From: Mobula hypostoma
Lineage: Eukaryota
Reading direction: 5' to 3'
DNA: 64,000 bases
Assembly: GCF_963921235.1 (NCBI RefSeq)
Contig: NC_086097.1
Coordinates: forward strand, 204,354,001-204,418,000
Shown: piece after piece, positions 1 to 10,365 of the stretch
Layout: each line of letters opens with the position of its first letter
Position numbering within the stretch: the first letter of the stretch is position 1
Notes under the pieces: model-generated
Database searches by the model: none
Told to the model about the DNA's origin: nothing
Seen by the model: only the letters and a program-made list of their open reading frames with translations
Program-made: the position numbers and the translations under genes

Positions 1-108
1 TGGCACAGGCGTGACCTGTACAAAAAGGACGGGTTACACTTGAATCCTAGGGGGACCAATATCCTGGCAGGGAGATTAGCGGGGGCTTCTGAGGTGACTT
101 TAAACTAG
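1..108 (+). CDS. CR1 ORF1 C-terminus (SGNH esterase-like domain), partial
   Basis: Frame 1 reads WHRRDLYKKDGLHLNPRGTNILAGRLAGASEVTLN*; DGLH matches SGNH block V (DxxH) seen in CR1 ORF1 esterases. Confidence 0.88.
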   Translation, partial: WHRRDLYKKDGLHLNPRGTNILAGRLAGASEVTLN

Positions 109-113
109 AATGG

Positions 114-3100
114 TTGGGGGGTGGGAATCAAATTAAAGAGGCTAGGCGTGAGGAGGTTAGTTCACAACAGAGGGATGGGAACCAGTGCAGAGAGACAGAG
201 GGGTGTAAAGTGAGGGTAGAAGCAAAAAGTACAAAGGAGAAAAGTAAAAGCGGCAGGCCGACAAATCCAGGGCAAGCATTAAAAAGGGCCACTTTTCAAC
301 ATAATTGTACAAGGGCTAAGAGAGTTGTAAAAGAGCACCTGAAGGCTTTGTGTGTCAATGCAAGGAGCATTCGTAATAAGGTGGATGAATTGAAAGTGCA
401 GATTGTTATTAATGATTATGATATAGTTGGGATCACAGAGACATGGCTCCAGGGTGACCAGGGATGGGAGCTCAACGTTCAGGGATATTCAATATTCAGG
501 AGGGATAGACATGAAGGAAGGGGAGGTGGGGTGGCGTTGCTGGTTAAAGAAGAGATTAACGCAATAGAAAGGAAGGACATAAGCCGGGAAGATGTGGAAT
601 CGATATGGGTAGAGCTGCGTAACACTAAGGGGCAGAAGACGCTGGTGGGAGTTGTGTACAGGCCACCTAACAGTAGTAGTGAGGTCGGAGATGGTATTAA
701 ACAGGAAATTAGAAATGTGTGCAATAAAGGAACAGCAGTTATAATGGGTGACTTCAATCTACATGTAGATTGGGTGAACCAAATTGGTAAAGGTGCTGAG
801 GAAGAGGATTTCTTGGAATGTATGCGGGATGGTTTTTTGAACCAACATGTCGAGGAACCAACTAGAGAGCAGGCTATTCTGGACTGGGTTTTGAGCAATG
901 AGGAAGGGTTAATTAGCGATCTTGTTGTGAGAGGCCTCTTGGGTAAGAGTGACCATAATATGGTGGAATTCTTCATTAAGATGGAGAGTGACATAGTTAA
1001 TTCAGAAACAAAGGTTCTGAACTTAAAGAGGGGTAACTTTGAAGGTATGAGATGTGAATTAGCTAAGATAGACTGGCAAATGACACTTAAAGGATTGACA
1101 GTGGATATGCAATGGCAAGCATTTAAAGGTTGCATGGATGAACTACAACAATTGTTCATCCCAGTTTGGAAAAAGAATAAATCAAGGAAGGTAGTGCACC
1201 CGTGGCTGACAAGAGAAATTAGGGATAGCATCAATTCCAAAGAAGAAGCATACAAATTAGCCAGAGAAAGTGGCTCACCTGAGGACTGGGAGAAATTCAG
1301 AGTTCAGCAGAGGAGGACAAAGGGCTTAATTAGGAAGGGGAAAAATGATTATGAGAGAAAACTGGCAGGGAACATAAAAACTGACTGTAAAAGCTTTTAT
1401 AGATATGTAAAAAGGAAAAGGCTGGTAAAGACAAATGTAGGTCCCCTGCAGACAGAAACAGGTGAATTGATTATGGGGAGCAAGGACATGGCAGACCAAT
1501 TGAATAATTACTTTGGTTCTGTCTTCACTAAGGAGGACATAAATAATCTTCCAGAAATAGTAGGGGACAGAGGGTCCAGTGAGATGGAGGAACTGAGCAA
1601 AATACATGTTAGTAGGGAAGTGGTGTTAGGTAAATTGAAGGGATTGAAGGCAGATAAATCCCCAGGGCCAGATGGTCTGCATTTTAGAGTGCTTAAGGAA
1701 GTAGCCCAAGAAATAGTGGATGCATTAGTGATAATTTTTCAAAACTCGTTAGATTCTGGACTAGTTCCTGAGGATTGGAGGGTGGCTAATGTAACCCCAC
1801 TTTTTAAAAAAGGAGGGAGAGAGAAACCGGGGAATTATAGACCGGTAAGCCTAATGTCAGTGGTGGGGAAACTGCTGGAGTCAGTTATCAAGGATGTGAT
1901 AACAGCACATTTGGAAAGCGGTGAAATCATCGGACAAAGTCAGCATGGATTTGTGAAAGGAAGATCATGTCTAACGAATCTCATAGAATTTTTTGAGAAT
2001 GTAACTAGTAGAGTGGATAGGGGAGAAGCAGTGGATGTGGTATATTTGGATTTTCAAAAGGCTTTTGACAAGGTCCCACACAGGAGATTAGTGTGCAAAC
2101 TTAAAGCACACGGTATTGGGGGTAAGGTATTGATGTGGATGGAGAATTGGTTAGCAGACAGGAAGCAAAGAGTGGGAATAAACGGGACCTTTTCAGAATG
2201 GCAGGCGGTGACTAGTGGGGTACTGCAAGGCTCAGTGCTGGGACCCCAGTTGTTTACAATATATATTAATGACTTGGATGAGGGAATTAAATGCAGCATC
2301 TCCAAGTTTGCAGATGACACAAAGCTGGGTGGCAGTGTTAGCTGTGAGGAGGATGCTAAGAGGATGCAGGGTGACTTGGATAGGTTGGGTAAGTGGGCAA
2401 ATTCATGGCAGATGCAATTTAATGTAGATAAATGTGAAGTTATCCACTTTGGTGGCAAAAATAGGAAAACAGATTATTATCTGAATGGTGGCCGATTAGG
2501 AAAAGGGGAGGTGCAACGAGACCTGGGTGTCATTATACACCAGTCATTGAAAGTGGGCATGCAGGTACAGCAGGCGGTGAAAAAGGCGAATGGTATGCTG
2601 GCATTTATAGCGAGAGGATTCGAGTACAGGAGCAGGGAGGTACTACTGCAGTTGTACAAGGCCTTGGTGAGACCACACCTGGAGTATTGTGTGCAGTTTT
2701 GGTCCCCTAATCTGAGGAAAGACATCCTTGCCATAGAGGGAGTACAAAGAAGGTTCACCAGATTGATTCCTGGGATGGCAGGACTTTCATATGAAGAAAG
2801 ACTGGATGAACTGGGCTTGTACTCGTTGGAATTTAGAAGATTGAGGGGGGATCTGATTGAAACGTATAAAATCCTAAAGGGATTGGACAGGCTAGATGCA
2901 GGAAGATTGTTCCCGATGTTGGGGAAGTCCAGAACGAGGGGTCACAGTTTGAGGATAGAGGGAAAGCCTTTTAGGACCGAGATTAGGAAAAACTTCTTCA
3001 CACAGAGAGTGGTGAATCTGTGGAATTCTCTGCCACAGGAAACAGTTGAGGCCAGTTCATTGGCTATATTTAAGAGGGAGTTAGATATGGCCCTTGTGGC

Positions 3101-3146
3101 TACGGGGGTCAGGGGGTATGGAGGGAAGTCTGGGGCGGGGTTCTGA
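114..3146 (+). CDS. CR1 ORF2: APE endonuclease + reverse transcriptase
   Basis: 1010-aa ORF with APE motifs (VNARS, ITETW, VYRPP, MGDFN, SDHN) and RT motifs (NYRPVSL, QHGF, LDFQKAFDKV, QGSVLGP, FADD). The 114 start is TTG; frame is open from 93; first in-frame ATG is at 744. Confidence 0.95.
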   Translation: MGGGNQIKEARREEVSSQQRDGNQCRETEGCKVRVEAKSTKEKSKSGRPTNPGQALKRATFQHNCTRAKRVVKEHLKALCVNARSIRNKVDELKVQIVINDYDIVGITETWLQGDQGWELNVQGYSIFRRDRHEGRGGGVALLVKEEINAIERKDISREDVESIWVELRNTKGQKTLVGVVYRPPNSSSEVGDGIKQEIRNVCNKGTAVIMGDFNLHVDWVNQIGKGAEEEDFLECMRDGFLNQHVEEPTREQAILDWVLSNEEGLISDLVVRGLLGKSDHNMVEFFIKMESDIVNSETKVLNLKRGNFEGMRCELAKIDWQMTLKGLTVDMQWQAFKGCMDELQQLFIPVWKKNKSRKVVHPWLTREIRDSINSKEEAYKLARESGSPEDWEKFRVQQRRTKGLIRKGKNDYERKLAGNIKTDCKSFYRYVKRKRLVKTNVGPLQTETGELIMGSKDMADQLNNYFGSVFTKEDINNLPEIVGDRGSSEMEELSKIHVSREVVLGKLKGLKADKSPGPDGLHFRVLKEVAQEIVDALVIIFQNSLDSGLVPEDWRVANVTPLFKKGGREKPGNYRPVSLMSVVGKLLESVIKDVITAHLESGEIIGQSQHGFVKGRSCLTNLIEFFENVTSRVDRGEAVDVVYLDFQKAFDKVPHRRLVCKLKAHGIGGKVLMWMENWLADRKQRVGINGTFSEWQAVTSGVLQGSVLGPQLFTIYINDLDEGIKCSISKFADDTKLGGSVSCEEDAKRMQGDLDRLGKWANSWQMQFNVDKCEVIHFGGKNRKTDYYLNGGRLGKGEVQRDLGVIIHQSLKVGMQVQQAVKKANGMLAFIARGFEYRSREVLLQLYKALVRPHLEYCVQFWSPNLRKDILAIEGVQRRFTRLIPGMAGLSYEERLDELGLYSLEFRRLRGDLIETYKILKGLDRLDAGRLFPMLGKSRTRGHSLRIEGKPFRTEIRKNFFTQRVVNLWNSLPQETVEASSLAIFKRELDMALVATGVRGYGGKSGAGF

Positions 3147-3247
3147 GTTGGATGATCAGCCATGATCATAATAAATGGCGGTGCAGGCTCGAAGGGCCGA
3201 ATGGCCTACTCCTGCACCTATTTTCTATGTTTCTATGCTTCTATGTT

Positions 3248-3532
3248 ACCAGTCTCTAGATTTTAGAGAATGGTGCAAAAAAACAAACAATAAAAAATCC
3301 AGTGAGTGGCAGTTCTGTGGGTGGAAAATGCCTAATAAGAGAGGTCAGACCAGTTCAAGCTGAGAAGAAGATGACAGTAACTCAAATAAGTATGTGTTAC
3401 AACAGTGGTGTGTAGAAGAGCATCTCTGAATGCATAAAATTTTGAACCTTGAAGTGCGTGGGCTACAAGCATACACTCAGCAGCCACTTTATCTGGTACA
3501 GGAAGTACCTAATAAAGTAGCCATTGAGTGTA
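3248..3532 (+). mobile_element. Tc1-like non-autonomous DNA transposon, right part (interrupted by the CR1)
   Basis: Matches the reverse complement of 60583-61118; ends in TIR GTACCTAATAAAGTAGCCATTGAGTG followed by TA. Confidence 0.8.
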
Positions 3533-5574
3533 TAGTGGGCTGTATACTTCTGGTGTATAATATTGCATGCCAGACTAACCCTATGAAAAATAGACCATGT
3601 ACAATTCAATTTCTGGACCTTGAAATCTGCATGATCTATGAATAATGGAAGTTGAGGAAATCAGGACTGATCGGATTTGAGTACATTTGAAAACTTCTGT
3701 AAGCAAGATGGCTAGGATTAGATTAAAAGAAAGAAAAGATGAAAAAACTTTGCCACACAGAGAAAGACAAGTGATGAAAGCTTTGGTAAAGATCAAAAGA
3801 ACTACTTATTAGAGGGTAAGAAAATAACTATTGACTCTTCTTTTAATGAATCTGAGAATGATAAATACTCTTTTGTCTGTGTCTTCATTTGGCTTATTTT
3901 TCATGCCAACAGAATGTGTTCCTATACAATATAAACCTCAGGAATCTGCAATTTTGATTTAATCCTTTGTTGATCAGGGAGAGGACTGTCCATTGCTGAA
4001 TTAAACCCAAGACTAAACTAAAACCTTCTACTATGTTTCATTTGAATGAAATAATTTCCAGCTTGACATTTAATGATTACTTTTCCCTTCTTTGTTGTCA
4101 ATAATATTTATTTTGTTTTAAATCTTGCAATAGCTTGACAAGGCAAAGAACATAATGGAATAGAAATAAAATCACATTTTAAGAAACAGAAGCAGAGAAT
4201 ACTGGAAATAGTCAGCAAGAAGGCAGCTACCACGGAGAGAATTAGACTGAATAAATGTTTTAGATCATCATGCTTTTGTTAGAAATGGACAGAAGTTAGA
4301 ATCAAATGAGTTTTAAGGTGAAGGATAAAGTTGGGTTCAGGGGTTAAAAGAGGTAAAAGAGAAGATGAGATGAGATTCTGAAGCAAAGTGTACTAGTAAT
4401 AGGCCAAAGAAAGAAAGAATGAATCTAGAGGAGGTGCAATTGGGAGGAGTAGAACAATGACCTTATTTTTATCTCATCAAGGGCTGTAATGTATCCACCT
4501 GAATAAAAACAGGTTCGGGCGACACTGATCTAGGTGGCTTTTTCAAATGGTGTATAGTTGGTTCTGAGAGGATATTCAGTATAAGTGATGGTTTCCAAAT
4601 CAGGATTACAGAAGTCAAAAGATCCTCATCGTCACTGGAGAGCAAAATATATTTCTCCATGCCTTAAGTATAAAGTGCTGCTAAAGTACAAGTGATATCC
4701 ATTTACATTTTGCTCATTCACTGTGTAGTGGAGTATTTCTATAATACGGAGGATTCTTCCTGGTAACGAAACTGGAAGTCACTTCTTGGATGGTAACTGA
4801 GCAGACTAAATCCCTCACCCCGTTTCGAAATGAGTCACCTGAAAATGAAAACCCCAATACTTACACAACTGTCAGTGAAAACACATCGGATTTCTGCCCA
4901 AATTCTGTAAACAAGAGTTTGCCCAGCCAATGCGAAATGCAATTATCAGTGCACTGAAGAATGAACAATGAAGCTTCCACTGATGTGTTACAAATTGAAA
5001 ATGATACGAATTGTAATGTAAAATTTGAATCTTTTCAAAATAGCAGAAAAGCAGATATGCTGCACTCAAGTGGATTAGATGCTCCCAACTGAATTGGCCT
5101 GTTGGCTGTTATGAAAAATAGCATCCAGACAGCCTCCAGCTTCACAGAGGAGTTGTGCTGCATTCTATATTAATCTTACATCAATTTCCAGCATGTTTTT
5201 GCCAGTCCTTTCATCTCTATTGCACATTCTCTCCATCAAATTTGTCCCTTAGCCAAAAAGCCTCAGGAAGATGCCATTCAAGGCTCTGGAATATCAGCCT
5301 TCTGTTATTCACATCAAATTTACTTGTTCATCCGTTTCAGTCTGTAGGAAATACCCTAGTAAGGAGACAGAAACATAGCTAGAATAGGTCTTGTTCCATT
5401 TGATTTTGATGGCTGAATTTGAAAAAGAAATCACAATTGTCTGGAACCATAGGCCTAGTAATGAACTTTCATGATATGTTTTCTTTAAGTAGAACAGATT
5501 AACTGGAGTGAGAAGTCAATAGGTTAATAGTGAAAGAAGATTAGGTTTTGTAGTCATGTTAAGCCCAGTTGAAC

Positions 5575-7425
5575 TGACAAACAATCAATGTGCAAAAGAT
5601 GACAAACTGTGCCAATGCAAAAATATAATAATAATAAAATAAATAAGCAATAAATATCGAGAACTTGAGATAAAGTGAGTCCATAGGTTGTGGGAACAGT
5701 TCAGTGGTGGGTGAGTGAAGTTTAGTGAAGATATCCCCTCTAGTTTAAGGGTTAATAAATTTTCCTGAACTTGATGGTGTGGGTCCAGAGACTCCTGCAC
5801 CTTCTTCCTGATGGCAGCAGCGAGAAGAGATCATGGCCTGGATGGTGGGGTCGTTAATGATGGATGCTGCTTTCCTACAATAGCACTCCATGTAGATGTG
5901 CTCAATGGAAGGGAAGGCTTAACCTATGATGGAATGGCCCGTATCCATTACTTTTTGTAGGCTTTTCCATTCAGGGACATTGGTGTTTCCATACCAGGCC
6001 ATAATACAAATAGTTAATATACACTCCACCATGCATCTATAGAAGTTTGTCAAACTTTTCAAAGATTAAAAGATTCAAAGTATGTATATTTATTATCAAA
6101 GTATGTATGAAGTGTCCCACTGTGATATTTATGTTCCCACAGACCACTACAAACCAAAGAAAGACCATGAAACCCATTCAAAGAAAACATCAAATACCAA
6201 AAATGCAAAAAAAGAATAATTCATGCAAACAGCAAAAAACACAGAATATTAAACATCAAACCATTCAAACAATCTAGGAATGCTCAGCTTAGTTCAGTTC
6301 AGATCAATGTAGCACTGTGTTTTCCTTGACTGCAGGCTGCAGAATTACCCAAATCAAACTTAAACTTGCACAAAATAGCAATAAAACAAGTTGTAGTCCA
6401 AGACCCAAGATTCCAGCAGATATGAGGGAGAGGGGGAGAGAATGAGAGAATGATAATCTTGTTCGATCCATTAGTTGGTGAGATCAGCATGAATTGGAGT
6501 TGATCATGGGCTCACACCCTGATTCCAGGCTTCTTGGCCTCAAGGTCTCACACTCTGCGGGAAACCTCACCGAACTCCCGCAGAGACAGTAAAGTACCAG
6601 ATCGCTCAATTGGCCTGAAAGCACACCATCAAAATGTAAATCACAGGTTCTAATAGTAGCAGAGTCATATTTGAAAGAAGAGGAAGAAGTGAAAGAAGCA
6701 GTTTTGTGATCTGTCTGAAAGATGTTGCCTTTGTTCGTATTGTTCGCTGGTGCCATCTTCTTTCACAAGTTTTAGATGACATGCCGAATCTTGCGAAGTT
6801 TTAAGAAAGCAGACAACCTGGCCTGCTTTTTTCATGCTGGATCCAGGACAAATTCTCCAAAATGATAATACCAAGGAATGTAAAGCTGCTGCCTCTCTCC
6901 TGCTCTGATCCCCTGTTGAGGACTGGCTCATGGATCTCCGGTTTGGTCCTCCTGAATTCAATAATCACCTCCCTGGTCTTGCTGCCATGGAGTAAAAGGT
7001 TGTTGTTGTGGCACCATTCAGCCTTTGATTCGGCCAACCATGGTAGCGTCATCAGCTAATTTAAATATGGCACTGGAGCTTTGCTTAGCTTCACAGTCAT
7101 AAGTATAACAAAAGCAGAGCAGAGAGCTAAGCACAGAGTCTTGTGGTGCACCTGTGCTGAAAGAAATTGTGGAGGAGATGTTGTTGCCAGTCTGAACTGT
7201 CAGGGGTCTGCAAGTGAAGAAATCGAGGATCCAGATGCACAAGGAAGTATTGAAGCTTTTTGATCAGTTTTGAGAATGATATTATTGAATGTTGAGCTGT
7301 AGTCAATGAAGAGCATCCTGATGTAGGTACCTTTGTTAGTCAGAAGTTCCAGTGTTGAGTGAAGAGCCAACGAATTGGCATCTGCTGTTGACCTGTTGTG
7401 ACGGTAGGCAAACTGGAGTGGATCC
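5575..7425 (-). mobile_element. Decayed Rex1/Babar-like LINE, 3' part; continues at 13692-13900
   Basis: Minus-strand fragments [40 protein letters not shown]; split by insertions at 6061-6760 and 7426-13691. Confidence 0.8.
6061..6760 (-). mobile_element. Unclassified non-coding retroposon-like insertion inside the LINE
   Basis: Host LINE text (AGAAGTTTGTCAAA...TTTTAGATGACATGCC) is split here. On minus the insert begins AAGATGGCACC and ends AATAAA plus TTTGAATCTTTTAATC-type short repeats. Confidence 0.55.
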
Positions 7426-7653
7426 TGCTGCGGTAACTTCTATTTTGAAAAAGGCACACTCAACAACTTCATGCTCAAAGAAACAACTTTATCTCGAACG
7501 TCAAAACCGTTATGTATATACAGAGGCTTTCACAACCCGTATAGCATGGCAGGACACTATATACAGAGCACCGGAAGTAAAAAGAACGGAAGTAAAATCC
7601 CCCATTATCCTAATTAGTATTAACTTTCTTTTAATAATGCTCACATTACAACA
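7426..7653 (-). repeat. Gypsy 3' LTR
   Basis: TG...CA ends (TGCTG...TTACAACA); direct repeat of 13463-13691; adjacent to PPT. Confidence 0.92.
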
Positions 7654-8065
7654 CTTCTCCCCCTTTAAAATCCAACATCCCCAAATGTAAAAAACTAGTA
7701 AAAAAAAACAGTGGTGTTATTAACTTGTGTACCCCTGAAAACTTATACTAGTATCACAGCAACAGTTTACCAATACAAAACATCTGGAAAACATGACAGA
7801 TTCAACATTCAATCTAACAACAAAATAAACTGTCCTGTCAAAGATACAGTCTGTCAGGAGGTTTACGAGTGCGCTGTGATCTGCGCACTACCCCCCGGTG
7901 ACCCAGCAGGCACTGCTGGTGATGGTGGGTCTGGTGTTGGGGTCATGAGAGGGGTCTGTGTGTCTGTGTGAGAATGTCCATCCTCTTCAGGGGACCACGA
8001 CCCCTCTGCCAGCGTCTCGCCCTCTGGCAAAGTCACTGGTGGACATGCTTCCACCGTAGTCTGAC

Positions 8066-10351
8066 TCACAAATGGAAACTCCATGGAACTGCCTCTGAGC
8101 TGGTATCATGACGCAGGCGCACATGGTCCTGATGTCTGCGGAAAACACGCCCATCAGTCAGCTTAACAACATAGGAGATGGGACCACTCTGCTTAAGAAT
8201 AACCCCAGGCAGCCATTGCTGATTGTTTCTCACATAGACATTGTCGTCCGGTTTTAACTGCCTCTCTCGTACATGTTGATCATGTCCCTCCTTCTGCTTT
8301 TCCTGCTTTCTCTCCACTTTTGCCTTCATGTCCGGGTGCAGCAGGTCCAATCTTGACTTGGGCCTACGCCCCATCAGCATCTCTGCTGGAGTGCGGGCAG
8401 TCGTAGTCTGTGGCGTGAGGTGGTATTTAAACAGGAAATGTGAAAGCCGAGTGCTAAGAGAGTCCCCTGTCATTTGCTTTAGGCCTTCCTTCATTGTCTG
8501 AACAGCCCGCTCAGCCAAACCATTGGAGGCTGGGTGGAAAGGGGCCGTCCGAATGTGATGAATGTCATTCTGCTGCATGAACTCACTGAACAACTCACTG
8601 GTGAACGTCGGGCCATTATCAGTGACCAGAGTGTCAGAGAACCCATGGACTGCAAACACTTGCCTGAGTTTGTCTATGGTCGAGGGGGCTGTGATGTTGC
8701 TCATGATGTGAGCTTCGATCCATTTAGAATGTGCATCCACCATTACAAGAAACATCTGCCCCATAAAAGGGCCAGCAAAGTCCAAATGTAGCCTAGACCA
8801 GGGGTAGTTTGTCCACTCCCATGGGTGCAAAGGAGCTGGTGGTGGCATATTCTGATTAGTCTGACATTGCGTGCATGATTTTACCTTGTTCCAGATCCTG
8901 ATCCATTCCTGGCCACCAAACATAGGATCTTGCAAGGCTTTTCATTCGAGACACTCCTGGGTGAGTCTCATGAATTTCCTCCACAATCTGTGAACGGCCA
9001 GGGGGAGGCACGATGACCCTCGCCCCCCAGAAAATGCAGCCATCCTGCAGACTGAGTTCTGTCTTGTGTTTGGCATAAGGCCTCAGTTCCTCTCCTTCCA
9101 TGACTCTGGGCCAAACTTGTAAAAGAAAAGTCTTGTCTTGGGACAGGACTGGGTCCCTCTCTGTCCACTGCTTGACCTGCGTCACCTTTACAGGTGTCTC
9201 TGACTGTCTCTCCAATGAAAACACAGTCTCTGGAGGCACATATGTAGTAACAGGTGTCTCAGGCAAAGGTAGTCGACTCAGTGCATCGGCGTTTACATTA
9301 TCCCCACCCGCTCTGTACACTATAGTATACCGATAGGCTGACAATGTAAGAGCCCAGTGCTGTATCCTGGCTGAGGCTAGCGGTGGGATGCATCTAGTCT
9401 CACTGAACAGGCTCATTAGTGGTTTATAGTCCGTATAAACTGTAAATACGCATCCATAAAGGTACCGATGAAAGCATTTGACCGCAAAAACAATGGCCAG
9501 ACCTTCTTTGTCTAGCTGTGAATATCCCTGCTCATCAGCTGTCAGGGTACGTGAAGCAAAACCAATAGGCTTCTCTGAACGGTCCTCCATTACATGTGAA
9601 AGAACTGCCCGGACTCCATGGGGTGAGGCATCGCATGCAAGGGTGATCTCCTTGTCTGGGTCATAGTGAACAAGCAGCTTGGCGGAATGGAGGAGTTCTT
9701 TCACTTCCTTGAAAGCTTTCTCCTGTTATTCACCCCACTGCCACTTAGTGTCATTGTGAAGCAGCTTATACAGTGGGGTCAAAACCCTTGAGAGGTCAGG
9801 AAGAAACTCGCCATAATAATTCACCTTGCCCAAAAATGATCTGAGTTCCGTGATGGTCTTAGGGCTTGGGGCCTCCTTAATAGCTCTCACTTCACCCTTC
9901 ACAGGGCAAAGCCCCTCAGCTGTGATATTGTGTCCCCAGTAAGTCACACTCAATGCCAGGAACACACATTTTCTGCTTTTCAACCGCAGCCCTGCGTCTG
10001 AGAGCCCCTTCAGCACCTGTACTAAATTAGCCAAATGCTCCACCTCCGTAGCCCCCGTGATCAAAATACCACCAAGGTACACTGCTACGTGCGGAATCCC
10101 CTGCAGCAAAGTGTCCATTTTCCTTTGGAAAATGGCAGGGCTGGACGCCACTCCAAACACCAGGTAATTATACTTGAAGAATCCATGTGCGTATTTACTG
10201 TGACGTGGTCCTTTGAATCCTCGTCGAGCAGCAGCTGTTGGTAGGTGTGGCTCATGTCCAGCTTTGTGAACAGCTTACCCCCTGACAGGGTCGCAAACAG
10301 GTTATCCACCTGTGGCAATGGGTACTCCTCCAGCCTAGAGACCTGATTCAC
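8066..10351 (-). pseudogene. Gypsy pol remnant: RT, RNase H, integrase (frameshifted)
   Basis: MFGVASSPAIFQ, YLGG (decayed YLDD), LACDAS, YSQLDKEGLA, VYTDYKPL, HETHPG...CTQC zinc finger, LHLDFAGP, TDNGPTF, SNGLAER. Confidence 0.93.
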
Positions 10352-10365
10352 TGTAAGCTTATAAT

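Larger units (their letters stand above)
1..3245 (+). mobile_element. CR1-clade LINE, young copy, 5' end outside window
   Basis: ORF1 C-terminus, intact ORF2, 3' UTR with GGCC-GAAT-GGCC stem-loop (~3195-3206) and (TTCTATGT)-like terminal repeats (~3223-3247). Confidence 0.96.

Noticed and set aside
479..3169. Minus-strand ORFs (258, 93, 134, 93, 75 aa) over CR1 ORF2
   Set aside because: Antisense shadows of the coding strand; no independent motifs.
7352..7690. 112-aa ORF similar to the 118-aa ORF at 13299-13655, resembling a duplicated gene
   Set aside because: The similarity is just the two LTRs.
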